From positions 3,100,001 through 3,164,000 of the forward strand of contig JAYWIR010000008.1 in NCBI GenBank assembly GCA_036172245.1: DNA of 64,000 bases, written 5' to 3'. A program made the position numbers and the translations under genes. Shown here piece after piece: positions 1 through 10,799 of the stretch; position 1 is the stretch's first letter, and each line of letters begins with the position of its first letter. This DNA is from Raillietiella orientalis. Taxonomy: Eukaryota. Below the pieces are notes generated by a model, which saw only the letters and a program-made list of their open reading frames with translations, did no database searches and was not told where the DNA came from.

Positions 1-189
1 TGCAAACTCACCTCGAGGCAGCAGAATGTTTACACAGCGCATAGTAAAACTGGTCGCACAATCTATGTTTACGGTGTTTGAAGTAACATTGGATCAAATT
101 TGCTCCTGCTCTCGTCTGATCTACAAATGAGTTGATGAGGAAGAATGACGATGCCTTGAACTATGAGGTAGGTAAGATGGTCAATGAGC

Positions 190-745
190 CAGGCTTCATG
201 TTAGGATGAAGAATCAGGACATTTTCGATCTCTCCGAAACGATTCTTCTTTGGGCTATCCGATGCAACGCACGGCTTCAACACTGGACCAGGAGAAGTGT
301 GGCTCCAGACTGTGCCAGGTGTAGTGAAAGGGAAACTTTTCCGCATCTGTTATTCGAGTGCGTTGTCCTCGGTTGGCCACGTCTCTGAACCTCCCAAGAA
401 ATCAATCGAAGGACGTGCTAAGACGCCTCGTGTGGAGCAATGTTGTCTGAGACAGCGTTCGCAGCTTTTTGTGCTGCTTCCGTGGAGCTGTGGCAGCAAT
501 AAGCCACAGAGAAAGAGGCCAGAGGATCAGAGATGCAATGTTGAACGTGGTCTCCTCCCACTTATTACTCCCTGTGCATGCCCTTCTCGGCAAACTGTTG
601 GCGAGTAGCAAAGCTTCCAAGACAGCTACCGATGTAGTGGGATTGAGACCCCTCCGCGAAGAAAGGACCTGGCGATGTCATGCTACATTTCTTGTAAATT
701 ACATACTCTCTTATAGTTAGAATCCCAGGGGTGATAGGGTAAAAA
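190..745 (+). mobile_element. L1/Tx1-like LINE 3' fragment (ORF2 C-terminal zinc finger)
   Basis: CNARLQHWTRR..PDCARCSERETFPHLLFEC aligns with the C-terminus of the 38993-40573 ORF; frameshifted. Confidence 0.75.
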
Positions 746-769
746 TACATGTGAATTTTTCTGAAGAAG

Positions 770-3052
770 ATGTTTATTGGGGCGGAGCTCTAAGATGCAC
801 GCAAGTAGTGCAGAAAATTGGGCAGGGGACCAAGACGTTCCAGGAACTCTATCAGAAGCTCCTGAGTGACGCAGTCGGAAGCCTTCTGGAGACCGATGGC
901 GACCTTCAGGTCTCCAGATCTGTTTCCTTTGGATGTGGATTCCCTTGCTAATGCTAGAAGGCACCGTGGTGAAACGTCGGTCGCACCCTCCGTCCCCAGG
1001 TCACCGAATGGAGCAGCAGGCTGGGCAACTGCGTCTCAGCAAACACCTCGAAAACCCTTCGGCGTTGTCCTCCCTAGCGCGCATCCCAGCAGGGAAGGGA
1101 GCAGCGGCAATTCCCCCTACCACCAGATGAGCTGTTCCGGGGCCGAGGGCATACAGCCACCGCTCCGCCAATACGTGGGCAAAGCGAACTCGTCTGCCCA
1201 CTCTGGAGGTGGGTCTGAAGGGGTTCGTCAGAGTGGGCCGGAGAAGCCGCCATCGGCCCAGACCCACTTGGACGGCCTCGTCAAACGCGTAGGAGGGAGG
1301 TGACGCGCGCCTCTGATGGAGCAGCACACCGCCCGCGGGGCGGGGAACACCTGGAACAGGACCAGCTCTTGCTGGAGCACGACGGTGCCGACCCGGTCTC
1401 TCGGGCGCTCTATGGCGACCTGGCTTCCCGAGCCCGTGGTTCGGGTTGGCGGGGGCTTCCGGAAGCTGAGTCCACGCGTACCCCGGCTCGGCCTCGGGCC
1501 TCGGCTTCGCAGCGCCGGCCGAGGTGCACACCCCAGTCGGCGCAGCGGGCCGAGGCTTCCTGAGTGCCTCTAGCCCTCGTGACACGATCGCCTGACCCTC
1601 CTCGCCCTGACCGCCGCCTATAGTGCGAGCCCATCTTCCAAGTCTTCGGACTCCTTGGTCTCTGGCTTTTCCCACCTCTTGGCGTACCTCCTGGTGGAGG
1701 AGTGGCCTTGGCCTTCTGCTGCACCCATTGCATCGAGCCGAAGCCGCGGCAGCACTTCAAGGCCACAGGGACTGTGCCGGGGCAGGGGCAGGCAGAAGCC
1801 GTCAAACAGCGGTTGCTCCGTATGCTACGGGAACACTCGAAATCTCATCATGCCGCAGTGCGGCTACATATTCTGCTTGCAGAGGTGGCTGGAGATGCGG
1901 GGGTCGGACCACCGGACTTGCCCAGTCTACCGCACGTCCATCGACGAAGTACCGTCTGCCTGTCTGAAGAGCCACTCGTTGCGAGGGGGACAGCGAACGG
2001 CTGGCAACTCGGCTTCGGCTTGCACGTATTGCCGCTGGCGCTAGCGGATGTCCTTCCCTGCGGCCGTGGTTTGTCCGCTCCGGTAGCTTGAGAAACGCAC
2101 GTCACATTATTGTCATCCAGCTTACCACGGCTCACGCACTTTGTTCTGGGGCACCGATAGAGTAGGCACCTCTTTTTGCCGCCAAACCGGTGGCTCCCCT
2201 AAGCAACCCAGGTTGGCGTGTATGCCATCGACCTGCAGACTACGGGGGATGGTCACTCTTTTTCGCAGCCTCCACCCTGGACGCGGTAGGTTCGCCATGA
2301 TTAGTCACGAAACTGAAGGCAGCGTTTGCTTTTCTCTGGTCGACGGTGGCAAATCGGCCACGCGCTTTATTGAGCTGCCCGCCTGACATGTTTGGTGGAA
2401 CCCTGATCAGCGACAGGACGAAGGGGTGGTCCTCCACCACTGTCAAGATCTTGCGGCACTCAGAGGAGTCCTCAAGAGACGTTGCGTGAGTGCAGGGCCT
2501 CTGTAGGACAGACCTCATGCTCTTGTTGCTTGCAGAGGCGCGAGGACCAACAAGTCCTCCTGCCCTCACGAGCGACATGCGGAAGTTCGCACGTCATATC
2601 CGCTGCTACCCACAGAGGAAGACGATCGAGTTGGTGGACGGTATCACTACTCGTTTCTGTGCAAATTATGGACTCCTTTGGTGAAGTGGTCTGCTCCATC
2701 TGTCCCCCCCCTCCTCTTCTTTCTTCTGAAGAACTCACGTTCCTTCTCCGTGTGCGGACATCTCCTTGTTCCACTCAAATGGCCGCCACCCTGACGAGGA
2801 CGGCTACGAGGTCACCGAGGAGATCGTCAGGAGCAGTTGATGCCAAAGGCCATGGATACCCTCTCTTCGTTTCTTTTTTAAATTCCTTTCTTGCTCCTTC
2901 CTTCCCGCTCCGGACTTCCTCAGAAGCCGGCCTCCGTGCCAGTGAACCCTCCCGCTGAACTGAGTTGTCTTCTTTGTTGTTTCTTGGGAACTGAGTTCCT
3001 AACATGTTCTTTTATTTTTTCTTCGAATGAACGCCCCAGAGTGATCGGGTTA
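770..3052 (+). mobile_element. Degenerate L1/Tx1-like LINE with RING-finger 3' extension and intact family 3' end
   Basis: 770-1710 aligns with post-RT ORF2 (YWGGAL~YLGVPL, ALYGDLASRARGSGWRG~WLHWGLPCNARRFHWTRG, LTAAYS~IVAAWS, EEWP~IGWP). It is followed by a Cys-rich region, a T-rich UTR and the terminal motif AATGAACGCCCCAGAGTGATCGGGT at about 3025-3050. Confidence 0.75.
1814..2705 (+). pseudogene. Multi-RING-finger coding region (3 degenerate C3HC4-like fingers) inside a LINE
   Basis: CSVC..PQCGYIFCLQRWLE..TCPVYR (1814-1933); CTYCRWR..LPCG (from 2021); CSCC..TCGSSHV..VVCSICP (2518-2705); frameshifts and Cys substitutions. Confidence 0.7.
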
Positions 3053-3089
3053 TAACGAAGAGTGCCAGCTATTCCGAGGAAAACTTCAG

Positions 3090-3950
3090 ATGGAACCAGC
3101 TACTGTTTTTTCTCCCGTTTGCCTATCCTCTAGAGCCACTCTCCACGCCTGCGGACCTCCACTGGAGTTTCCTCTGGCTTCGTCCTGGTCAGGGAGAGTT
3201 CTCATCTTTGAAAGATTCCGAGAGGTGGATACAACAAGCAACTGGCGATCCACATTGGTAGCGATAGGACTTCGTCTCTGATGTGGAAGGGGAAAATGCG
3301 AGGACGCAGGTACAAGTCGAGCTGGTGGGATGTATTGTATAACGGGGAGAGTCGACCAATGAGATGGGCTATTGCCACCCAAAATCCTATGTGGAGTGGC
3401 CTTCCGTCCCATGATGCTCATGGTGACAGCGAGGAGGTAAATATCTGAAAATCCAGAGTGAACTCACGAGGAAGGAACTCGACAGTCGAGAGAGTGAAGC
3501 TCGAGTACATCCGCCACCCAACATGCGACGAGATGAAGGCCGCGGGGTGGAGCAAAGTATGTGGAATACCCCACCCAGCTCGCGGTTCATGAGAACCCGT
3601 CGCCGCATTGCACACAAGTGTGACACTGGCATTGGTTTCCCTTCTGATTCCTCTGCGTGTGTATGGGGGTGGCGTGGGGGTGGGGAGCCAGACGCTGTTC
3701 GTTTTCCGTTCTCAATTCAGCTATCCCCCCCCCCCCCCCGCTGCGTGCATTGCTAATGGCAACCGGCAGAAAACCGTGGCATGTTGGATGTCCATCTCGT
3801 GCTGATGTCACAACTTCTCTCTCCAAATGTGCCCGAAACTTTAAACGTCTCCTCTCGAGCGTTGCGGTTGGCATCGCGGGTCCCACGGCGAAGAGAGCGC
3901 TTCGCTCCATCTAACTTGACCACGACATATGCTTGATCGTGGTATTCCAT
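3090..3950 (-). pseudogene. Degenerate RING-region remnant of the same type
   Basis: SCDI(S), TCHG/FCRL, QCHTC, then VLMNREL and LCST, in the same order as other copies; no LINE ORF2 visible upstream. Confidence 0.4.
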
Positions 3951-3995
3951 TGTGTTTCGGATGCGCGAATGACCGAAGCCTCGATCGAGCGGTCT

Positions 3996-6675
3996 CACAA
4001 TCCCTTGGGTAAAGGAAGGGAGAGGAGGAAATCCCAATCATTGGCTTCCTTTATTCTCATCGCAATTTTTCTTCCTTTACTCTTGGGTTGCATCGGTGCA
4101 TCTTCGGTCCCTCGCGTCGCTATCCGAGGCGTATCCTCCATAGCGCGGAAGGACATCGCGGTCACTGTGCAGCAACTGAGGCACCGGGAAGTCTTTGGAG
4201 GAATAAACCACGACTAATAGAGCGGAAATACTTACATGGATGCAAACTCCGACTTTAGCATCTCAAGTTTGCTTTTCACCTTCTGATTGACTTTCGTCAT
4301 CAACTCAATCTCTCCCTCGATCCTCTCGATGGCCTTTTCTTCTTCTCCGATCTGCTCGACTACTTCAGCTATCTCGGATTCCAATTGCGTTGACCTCTCT
4401 TCCAGCTTGAGAGGGAGAGGAAGACAGGGAAAAAAAAGTAACCCTCAAAAGATTGCAAAATACACATTTGAAAGACTCCTCACCAGCTTCATGTTCTCGT
4501 TTTCCAGGTCTTGCTTCGGAAGCCACTTGTTCTTGTTCATGAGCAACTCTCTTTCATAAACAAAGTTCAATTTTTCCGTCATGGCATCCATGTACCTAAA
4601 CACGAATCCATCACCATCTAAATAAGCTGTGCAAGTCTCTCACAGCCTCCTCCTCTCCAAAACGATGTTTCGCATTTCGTGTTCCACAGTTCCAGGATAC
4701 CATTTGTTGAGCAGGTCCCTGGAGTATTTGCTTCTGGTTTGCTTGAGGTCCTCCAGAGTTTGACGGACCTCTCTCGGGTTCAACTGAGAGTACTTTCTCG
4801 CGCATTGTTCTATCGTCTCGCTGTACAATTCGCTAGTGGTTTCAATCTTTTCTATGAGGTCGATGACGTTGTCCTTGATCACTTCTGCCGTCTCGAAATT
4901 CTTTTTTTCGATCTCTTTTGCTTCCTCCAGCTTGACTCTCAAATCTTCTCTGCTTGGCCATTAGTTGGGAAGGAGTTGGTGTGCCTACGGGTGAGCTACT
5001 CACAGTTGTTTTTCAAGCTTGTCGTTCTCACGCTCGACCTCGAGAATCAGCATTCTCTCTCGAGCCTCCATCTTTTCCAAGTTCTGCAACTTCCTTTTAA
5101 GCATGGACTGCGTCTTCTTCGACAATTCTATCTTGCTCTCATCCATTTTGATTCCCTCTTTGATGGACTCGATGCTGCAGAGAATCTTGTTCTTTTCGTG
5201 GAGATCCGTGAAAAATTTTTCCTAAGTAGGAAATTGGGATTCAGGAGATTCCCCGGTCGGTGACTGCTGTCTTCTCCGATACCTCACTTTTCAAGAGCTT
5301 GGGAATCTTCTTTGCCACCTCTTCCTCCAGATTCTTCCTTTTTCTACTACTTTTGTAGAGTGTAGATTGCTTTTTTCCCAACAAATCTTGCAGAGAGTCG
5401 GCCTTTATTTCAAAGGACTCTTGACTGGAGTAGTAAATCTAGATGGACAAAGGGTTTTCATCGCGCACGGGGCAATGCAAGTCGGTCGACGCCGGGCGGC
5501 ATCGATATTGTAAAAGCAACTCACCCTTTCAAAAAGGGATTTGAATTCGTTCTGCAACAACCTATGATTCGAGTTGAGCTCTCTGTTTATTCTATGGAGT
5601 TCTTCCGCCTTGCGAGAGAGAGCCTCAAGCTCCTTACTGTCGACGTCACTCCCGGACTGCAGGCTGAGAATCTCCTTCTAGGTAGGGAACCCGCTCTTGA
5701 TGAGTCTCTCTACTCAAGGGTTCCACTCACCCGCATTGCGTCTAAGGAATTGCCGAAGGTGTTGTGCTTTTCCTCATGCTGCGACAATTTCTGTAAGAAT
5801 GCTTTCAACTCTTGCATGACCTCCATCCTGAGCTTCTGAATTTGCGGATTAAGATCAGCTGCTTGCAAATTTTTTCAGGCCAAATCCGAACAAGACAAAC
5901 TCATACAGGAGTTTGACAATAGAAGCTTACCATGGAAACGACCTTCGTCCGCTCTTTCGCCTCCACGTCTCGAAGCTCTCTCTTCGCCTCTGCTCTGTGT
6001 TCCATATGTTTTTCTGGAAATCTGGACATGAACTCGATGTTTCCCTCGGTCCTTCTCCGGTGGCGGGCAGCAATACGCGAACACTGCACGCGCATCCGAT
6101 CGACCTATTCCCCCTCAGGGCGAACTGGTCGAGGGGCAGTCCTGAGTCCGCTCTGAAGTAGGAAAGAGAGCGCTCTTTTCTCGCGAGCATCATTATCAGA
6201 CTCCTCTCAAGAGAGGAATGAGGGTCAAGCTACCTTCCAGAAATACTTCTTGATTTGGCATCTCGAAAGCGCCGAAGGGATATTTTTCTCCAGAGGGATG
6301 ATTCGAGGTGCCGTGGCTCGCCTTCGCACTAATCGTGAGGCATGGTGATCGTTGCCGCTGGGTCTCATGCCGAAGGATCACCCTTCGCGGTCGCGGATGC
6401 AGCATTCTCGAAACTCGGGTGCTGAGCCTCGGGCTTAGTCCATTTTTTTCCTCGAGGAGGTCGAATGCCATTTGGCGGATGGAGGGTGAAAGGCATCGCG
6501 GGCTTTCGGAATCGAATGGGAAGGGAGCTTGTGAGCTGGCATCACTCGGCTCAATCTGGAAGCTTTCTTTCGTTGGTGGCAGCTCAGGATCGACGAACCG
6601 TCCTCCGATCTCTGCATAGAGCGCCCTGCTGGCGAGTCTCGTGAAGGAAGCTTTGTACGAGGAGTCCGGGAGCAC
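3996..6675 (-). CDS. Multi-exon host gene, long coiled-coil protein of unknown identity (5' and 3' ends uncertain)
   Basis: E/K/L-rich heptad exons (e.g. IQKLRMEVMQELKAFLQKL; KELEALSRKAEELHRINREL; LEERSTQLESEIAEVVEQI) joined by GT-AG introns of about 45-85 nt, with donors near 5931, 5730, 5524, 5282, 5004, 4645, 4482 and 4234. Confidence 0.75.
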
Positions 6676-6999
6676 CTTCCAAGAGGACTCCTTCGGAAGA
6701 TCGACGGAGGCAGCAGCCAGAATCTCTTTGGCTCCTTGTTTTGTATTCAGTCGCGCCGAGACATTTATGTGAAAATAAATAAATCACAAATCAAAAAAAC
6801 AAAAAAAATGAACTTCAGGGAGGATTGCCATTAGCTCGCAGGTCCGGTTTCTAAGTCTAAGGGAGTCAGGAGTAGGAGGGAAGGGACAGTAAATAAATAG
6901 AAAAAGACAGGAGGGTCTTTGGTTCAGCTGCTCCTTGCTTCCTAGAAGCGAAAGCATATGCTGGCGATCTCACTGATGACCTCTTCTGGCAGGTGAGGC

Positions 7000-8250
7000 T
7001 ACCTTGAAGCCGTCCTCACAAAGGCGGCGGCCATGCTAGTGCCCTCCTTTCGCTGCGAATGAAACTCCACCACGGGCGGGCTGCAATGATGGTGCGGATG
7101 CAACATCTTGTTGCCATCACGGAGTCTGACTCGCAACCTGTTTGCGTATCACCACTGCCGGCTCCCATCTTGCGATTTCCCTCTCCGGTGTGTCGCTGCT
7201 CTGGTGAGAGCGAACTCGTGGATTCGCTGCCGATCTGCAAATACTCCGGCCTGGAGGCAGGAGAAAGTGAGGACTTGGGCCCAGCTCATCCGGACCCCGC
7301 TGGAAGTTGCCCGCTGCCGAGAGTTTCAGAAAAACAGCAGAAGAGCACTGGAGGTGGTATGTAGTGAGCTGACCATGTTGGCCTACCCACCAGCCACCCC
7401 CTTCGCCGCAGCGGTGTCCTCCGCTATCAAGGTACATGGCATCTGCCTACCGGCGAAGTGGGAGGTTTCCTGCGAGATCTCGGCCCGCGAACTCTTCTCC
7501 ATTCGTCCCGAAGAGTTGGAGGTGCCCCCCTTGTTTATGGACAGGAAACTGCTTCATCTCAAGTGGCAGCAATCGGCGCTGCTGATATTGCATTGGGGGT
7601 TTCCCGTGCAATGCACGTTGGCACTACTGGACGAGGGGAAGCACATCGCCGAACTGTGGCAGGTGTGGAGAGAAGGAGACTTCCCTCCACCTCATATTAC
7701 AGAGTGTCGCCCTCCGGCACTTGTGGGAACGTTTCTCTGCGTCCCTTCCGCATCCCGCGGACGATCTTAGAGACCATTTCAGGTCGCTCTTCGTGCGGGA
7801 CGCCATGACGCCCGCAGCTGCAATCGCAGCTCTGTGCTGTGTGCGCGGTGTCGCGGCGAAGTGCGACGCCGAGAGAGGCCGGAGCTACGGGGGGGCTGTC
7901 CTGCACGCCATCGGCTTCCTACAGATGGCTTTGAGGTGACCCCACCTGGAAAGGGAGATGGAGGAGTCGCCGGCATCCTTCAGCGGATGCAGAGGCCTCC
8001 CACCCACCACCAAATGTGATCCCTTCCCTTCCCCCCAACTAATTTTTGTTTTTTTGTTTTTGTTTTTTTTTGTTGCTTGTTATGGTTTGTTTACATTTTT
8101 CATTTTTGTTTCACCCTCCTTCCCCTTCGTGAACGTGATGGATCTCTCCACCCCCATCCCCCCTCTTTCTAGTGTAACAATTGGAATTGGTGGGCCATCG
8201 GCTCCATAGATTCCTGTAAGAGAATAAACGCCTCGGCCCACTCGGGTGCG
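7000..8250 (+). mobile_element. L1/Tx1-like LINE 3' portion
   Basis: LHLKWQQSALLILHWGFP, CGRCG-type finger, LFVRDAMTPAAAIAALCCVRG, T-rich UTR, terminal AATAAACGCCTCGGCCCACTCGGGTG. Confidence 0.85.
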
Positions 8251-8724
8251 AAATCACGGAGCCTGCCGTCAGTCTGCCTGCCCGCCTTGAGTGAAAAATT
8301 TCCGCAGCAAGTCCAAAGTCCAAAGCAGTGTCCTCCAGATGGCGGAGCGCCGAAGCGGGTCGCCACCAGATGCCCGCGAGGGCAAGTTAGCTCATTGTGG
8401 TCCAGCAGGAGGTGCTAGGAACAATTCAATCACCCCGTACCTAGAACAGTGGACCCCAGAAACCAGGTGTCTGGACTGACTGTCCTGGAGTTCTCAGTGC
8501 AGAAACAGAAGAACATCCTGTTTCCATATGAATGGGGACACGGAGGGTCCGAACGCGGGGAGGGACCGCGAGTTTTTCGAAGAGTGGGGAGCAGCAGCAG
8601 ATGGAGCAAGTCACTCCACTAAAGGAGTCCCTTTGCCTGGAAACGAGGAGTGGCGCTGGAATCAACTCACTTATCTTGCAGCCATCAAGGAATTTCTAGA
8701 GTCCTAAAATGGTGCAGGAGATTT

Positions 8725-10560
8725 GTTACCCTGTCATGCTAGGACGTTTATTTTATAAAAAAAATAAACCAGTTAGGAACACATGTTCCCAACCGATGTC
8801 AACAAAAAACAAAGGGAAGGGTCAACCGGCACTCAGGTCGGGATAACAGAAAGTCTGGAACGAGGGAAGGACAAGACAACAACAAAAACAAAAAAAGTGG
8901 GTGGGAAGGGCAAGAATCTTCGGTTTCGCTCCGTGTGCACCGTAATGAAAACAAAAAGCACCGGGGATGGGGAATAAGAAAAAGAATAATAAAGAAAGCG
9001 AGGAGACAAGAGTCACCGGGTCCGCCGTTCCTAACCGTCTATCAACCAGCGGTGGATGACGGTGATCTCCTCGGATTCCTTTTCCAGGTGAGGGTCTCCT
9101 TTGAGCCGTCCTGGTGACCTCCCTTCGCTGCGTGGTGGATTCCAGCACCTGTCGGACTGCTACGATGGCATCGATGCAACCCATGGTTGCAATTACAGCG
9201 CCCGTCGAGAGGCTCGGAGAACCGTCGCAGCACGTCTCAGGCGGTGTCCTTCTGGTGCAGGAGCGTTGCTGCTAGCCCTTGGCACAATTCTTAAAGAGCA
9301 CCACAGTCCAAAAGCATGTGCGCACCTCGCACAGTTCGGAAATGTAACCACTCCGGAAATTCTGTGCTGTCGCTCATTACACTGAAATCCTCAGTGGATG
9401 AAGAGTACTACGGCCTGCTTACAGGTTAAGGGGAACACTAGACCCTCAAAACAATGGAGAGGACCCACAAATTTTTCGGGAGCAACACTCAAAAGTTCGC
9501 CCCATCGAAGGAGTCCCTTCGTCACAACACACAGAGTGGCAGCATCCACCAGCTCAAGCGTCTTCCAGGCACCGAGGAGTTTTGTACTTCCTGCGATGGT
9601 GCACGAAAACGCCCACCTAGCTGTCGGCTGCTGTCCTTTCTTGCCCTGAGGGCTCTGAAGAAAGGAGTGTGTTCCCCAGACGGGAAGCTTCTTTGAATCC
9701 TACAGAACATCTCCCAGTGAGAGGTTGTGGAAGAAAAACAAGGGACGAAGCATTTCTTGGATGTTTACAAAGGTCAGAGTCCAGGTTACAAAAGTCTCCT
9801 ACCGTCACGCTTTCGACTTTATTGGGCAGCAGGAACAAGAACGAAGGATGGAGAAGGGAAAGAACCAAAGCAAAGATTGCTGCTCCTCTACAGGGTGGAA
9901 GCGAGCAAGTGCCTTCTCCTGAGATCAAATGAGAGGACTCTGGCACGTTGCTGGCATTCCTGGGAAACCATAATGAGGATGCAGATGAATAGGGCTTTCC
10001 CGATTGTGTCACATCCACTGCAGTTGAACAGCCGGTGAGACATTTTGCATCGATGGTGGGCCGAGAGCGACAGTGGCACTCGGGCAGCCCGAAGGGAGTC
10101 GACTCCGGCCAGGACAGGGTGAGAGGATGCAACGGGCACACTGGGAGGCAATCCCAGCGATCTTTGATGCAAGGCGGAATTCATCTTCAGCAAGCCAAGA
10201 GGAACCTTTCTCGAAGATCCTCTACTCATAATCCCACTGGTTCCAGAGGACAGAGACACTGGAACCACTAGATGTCCGACAACCTCCCCAGAAACATGTG
10301 CACATCCATTGTCGAGTCCACTTTGCTCGCCTTAAGAAGAACGTTCTTCTGGAAACTGAAAACGCGACGGTTGCTGAAATCAGGAGAGGGAAAGGTTCTT
10401 GGCGGCAGCCCTACTGAAAATCTCTCCATCATTAGCCCATTGCACCGTCGGTCCCGGAAAGGAAAGAAAGCTTTGTGCATGCGCTCGAGTCTCCCTCGCA
10501 TTTGTTGCCTCTTTTAACAGCCACCGAGCCGCAGCTCAGTTTTTGCTTGCCGTTTGCTTT
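8725..10560 (-). mobile_element. LINE fragments (3' end plus older ORF2 remnants)
   Basis: Minus-strand terminal motif AATAAACGTCCTAGCATGACAGGGT at about 8725-8752; ORF2 C-terminal-like peptides. Confidence 0.6.
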
Positions 10561-10799
10561 CCATGGGCTGTGCGCCAGTCTTCCCGCTTCCGCAACAGGA
10601 TTTCTCCCGCCGAGCAGCGACAAATCAGGGACACCGGTGTGGTTGCAAGGAAAGCCTGAGCCCGCAAAAGGAAACGAGCTCCTTGCAGTGAGCAGGGATG
10701 CTAGAGGTTTCCGGGGTGCTCCTTGGTCACGATGGCGGACCGGTCAGCAGCATTAGTAACGGCAGCCCAGGGCGCTTCCCGGCAACTCGAGTGGTGTCC

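Noticed and set aside
3600..6200. Coiled-coil gene plus downstream RING as a BRE1-like ligase
   Set aside because: The RING part is frameshifted and resembles the LINE-borne module; no BRE1 motifs are present.
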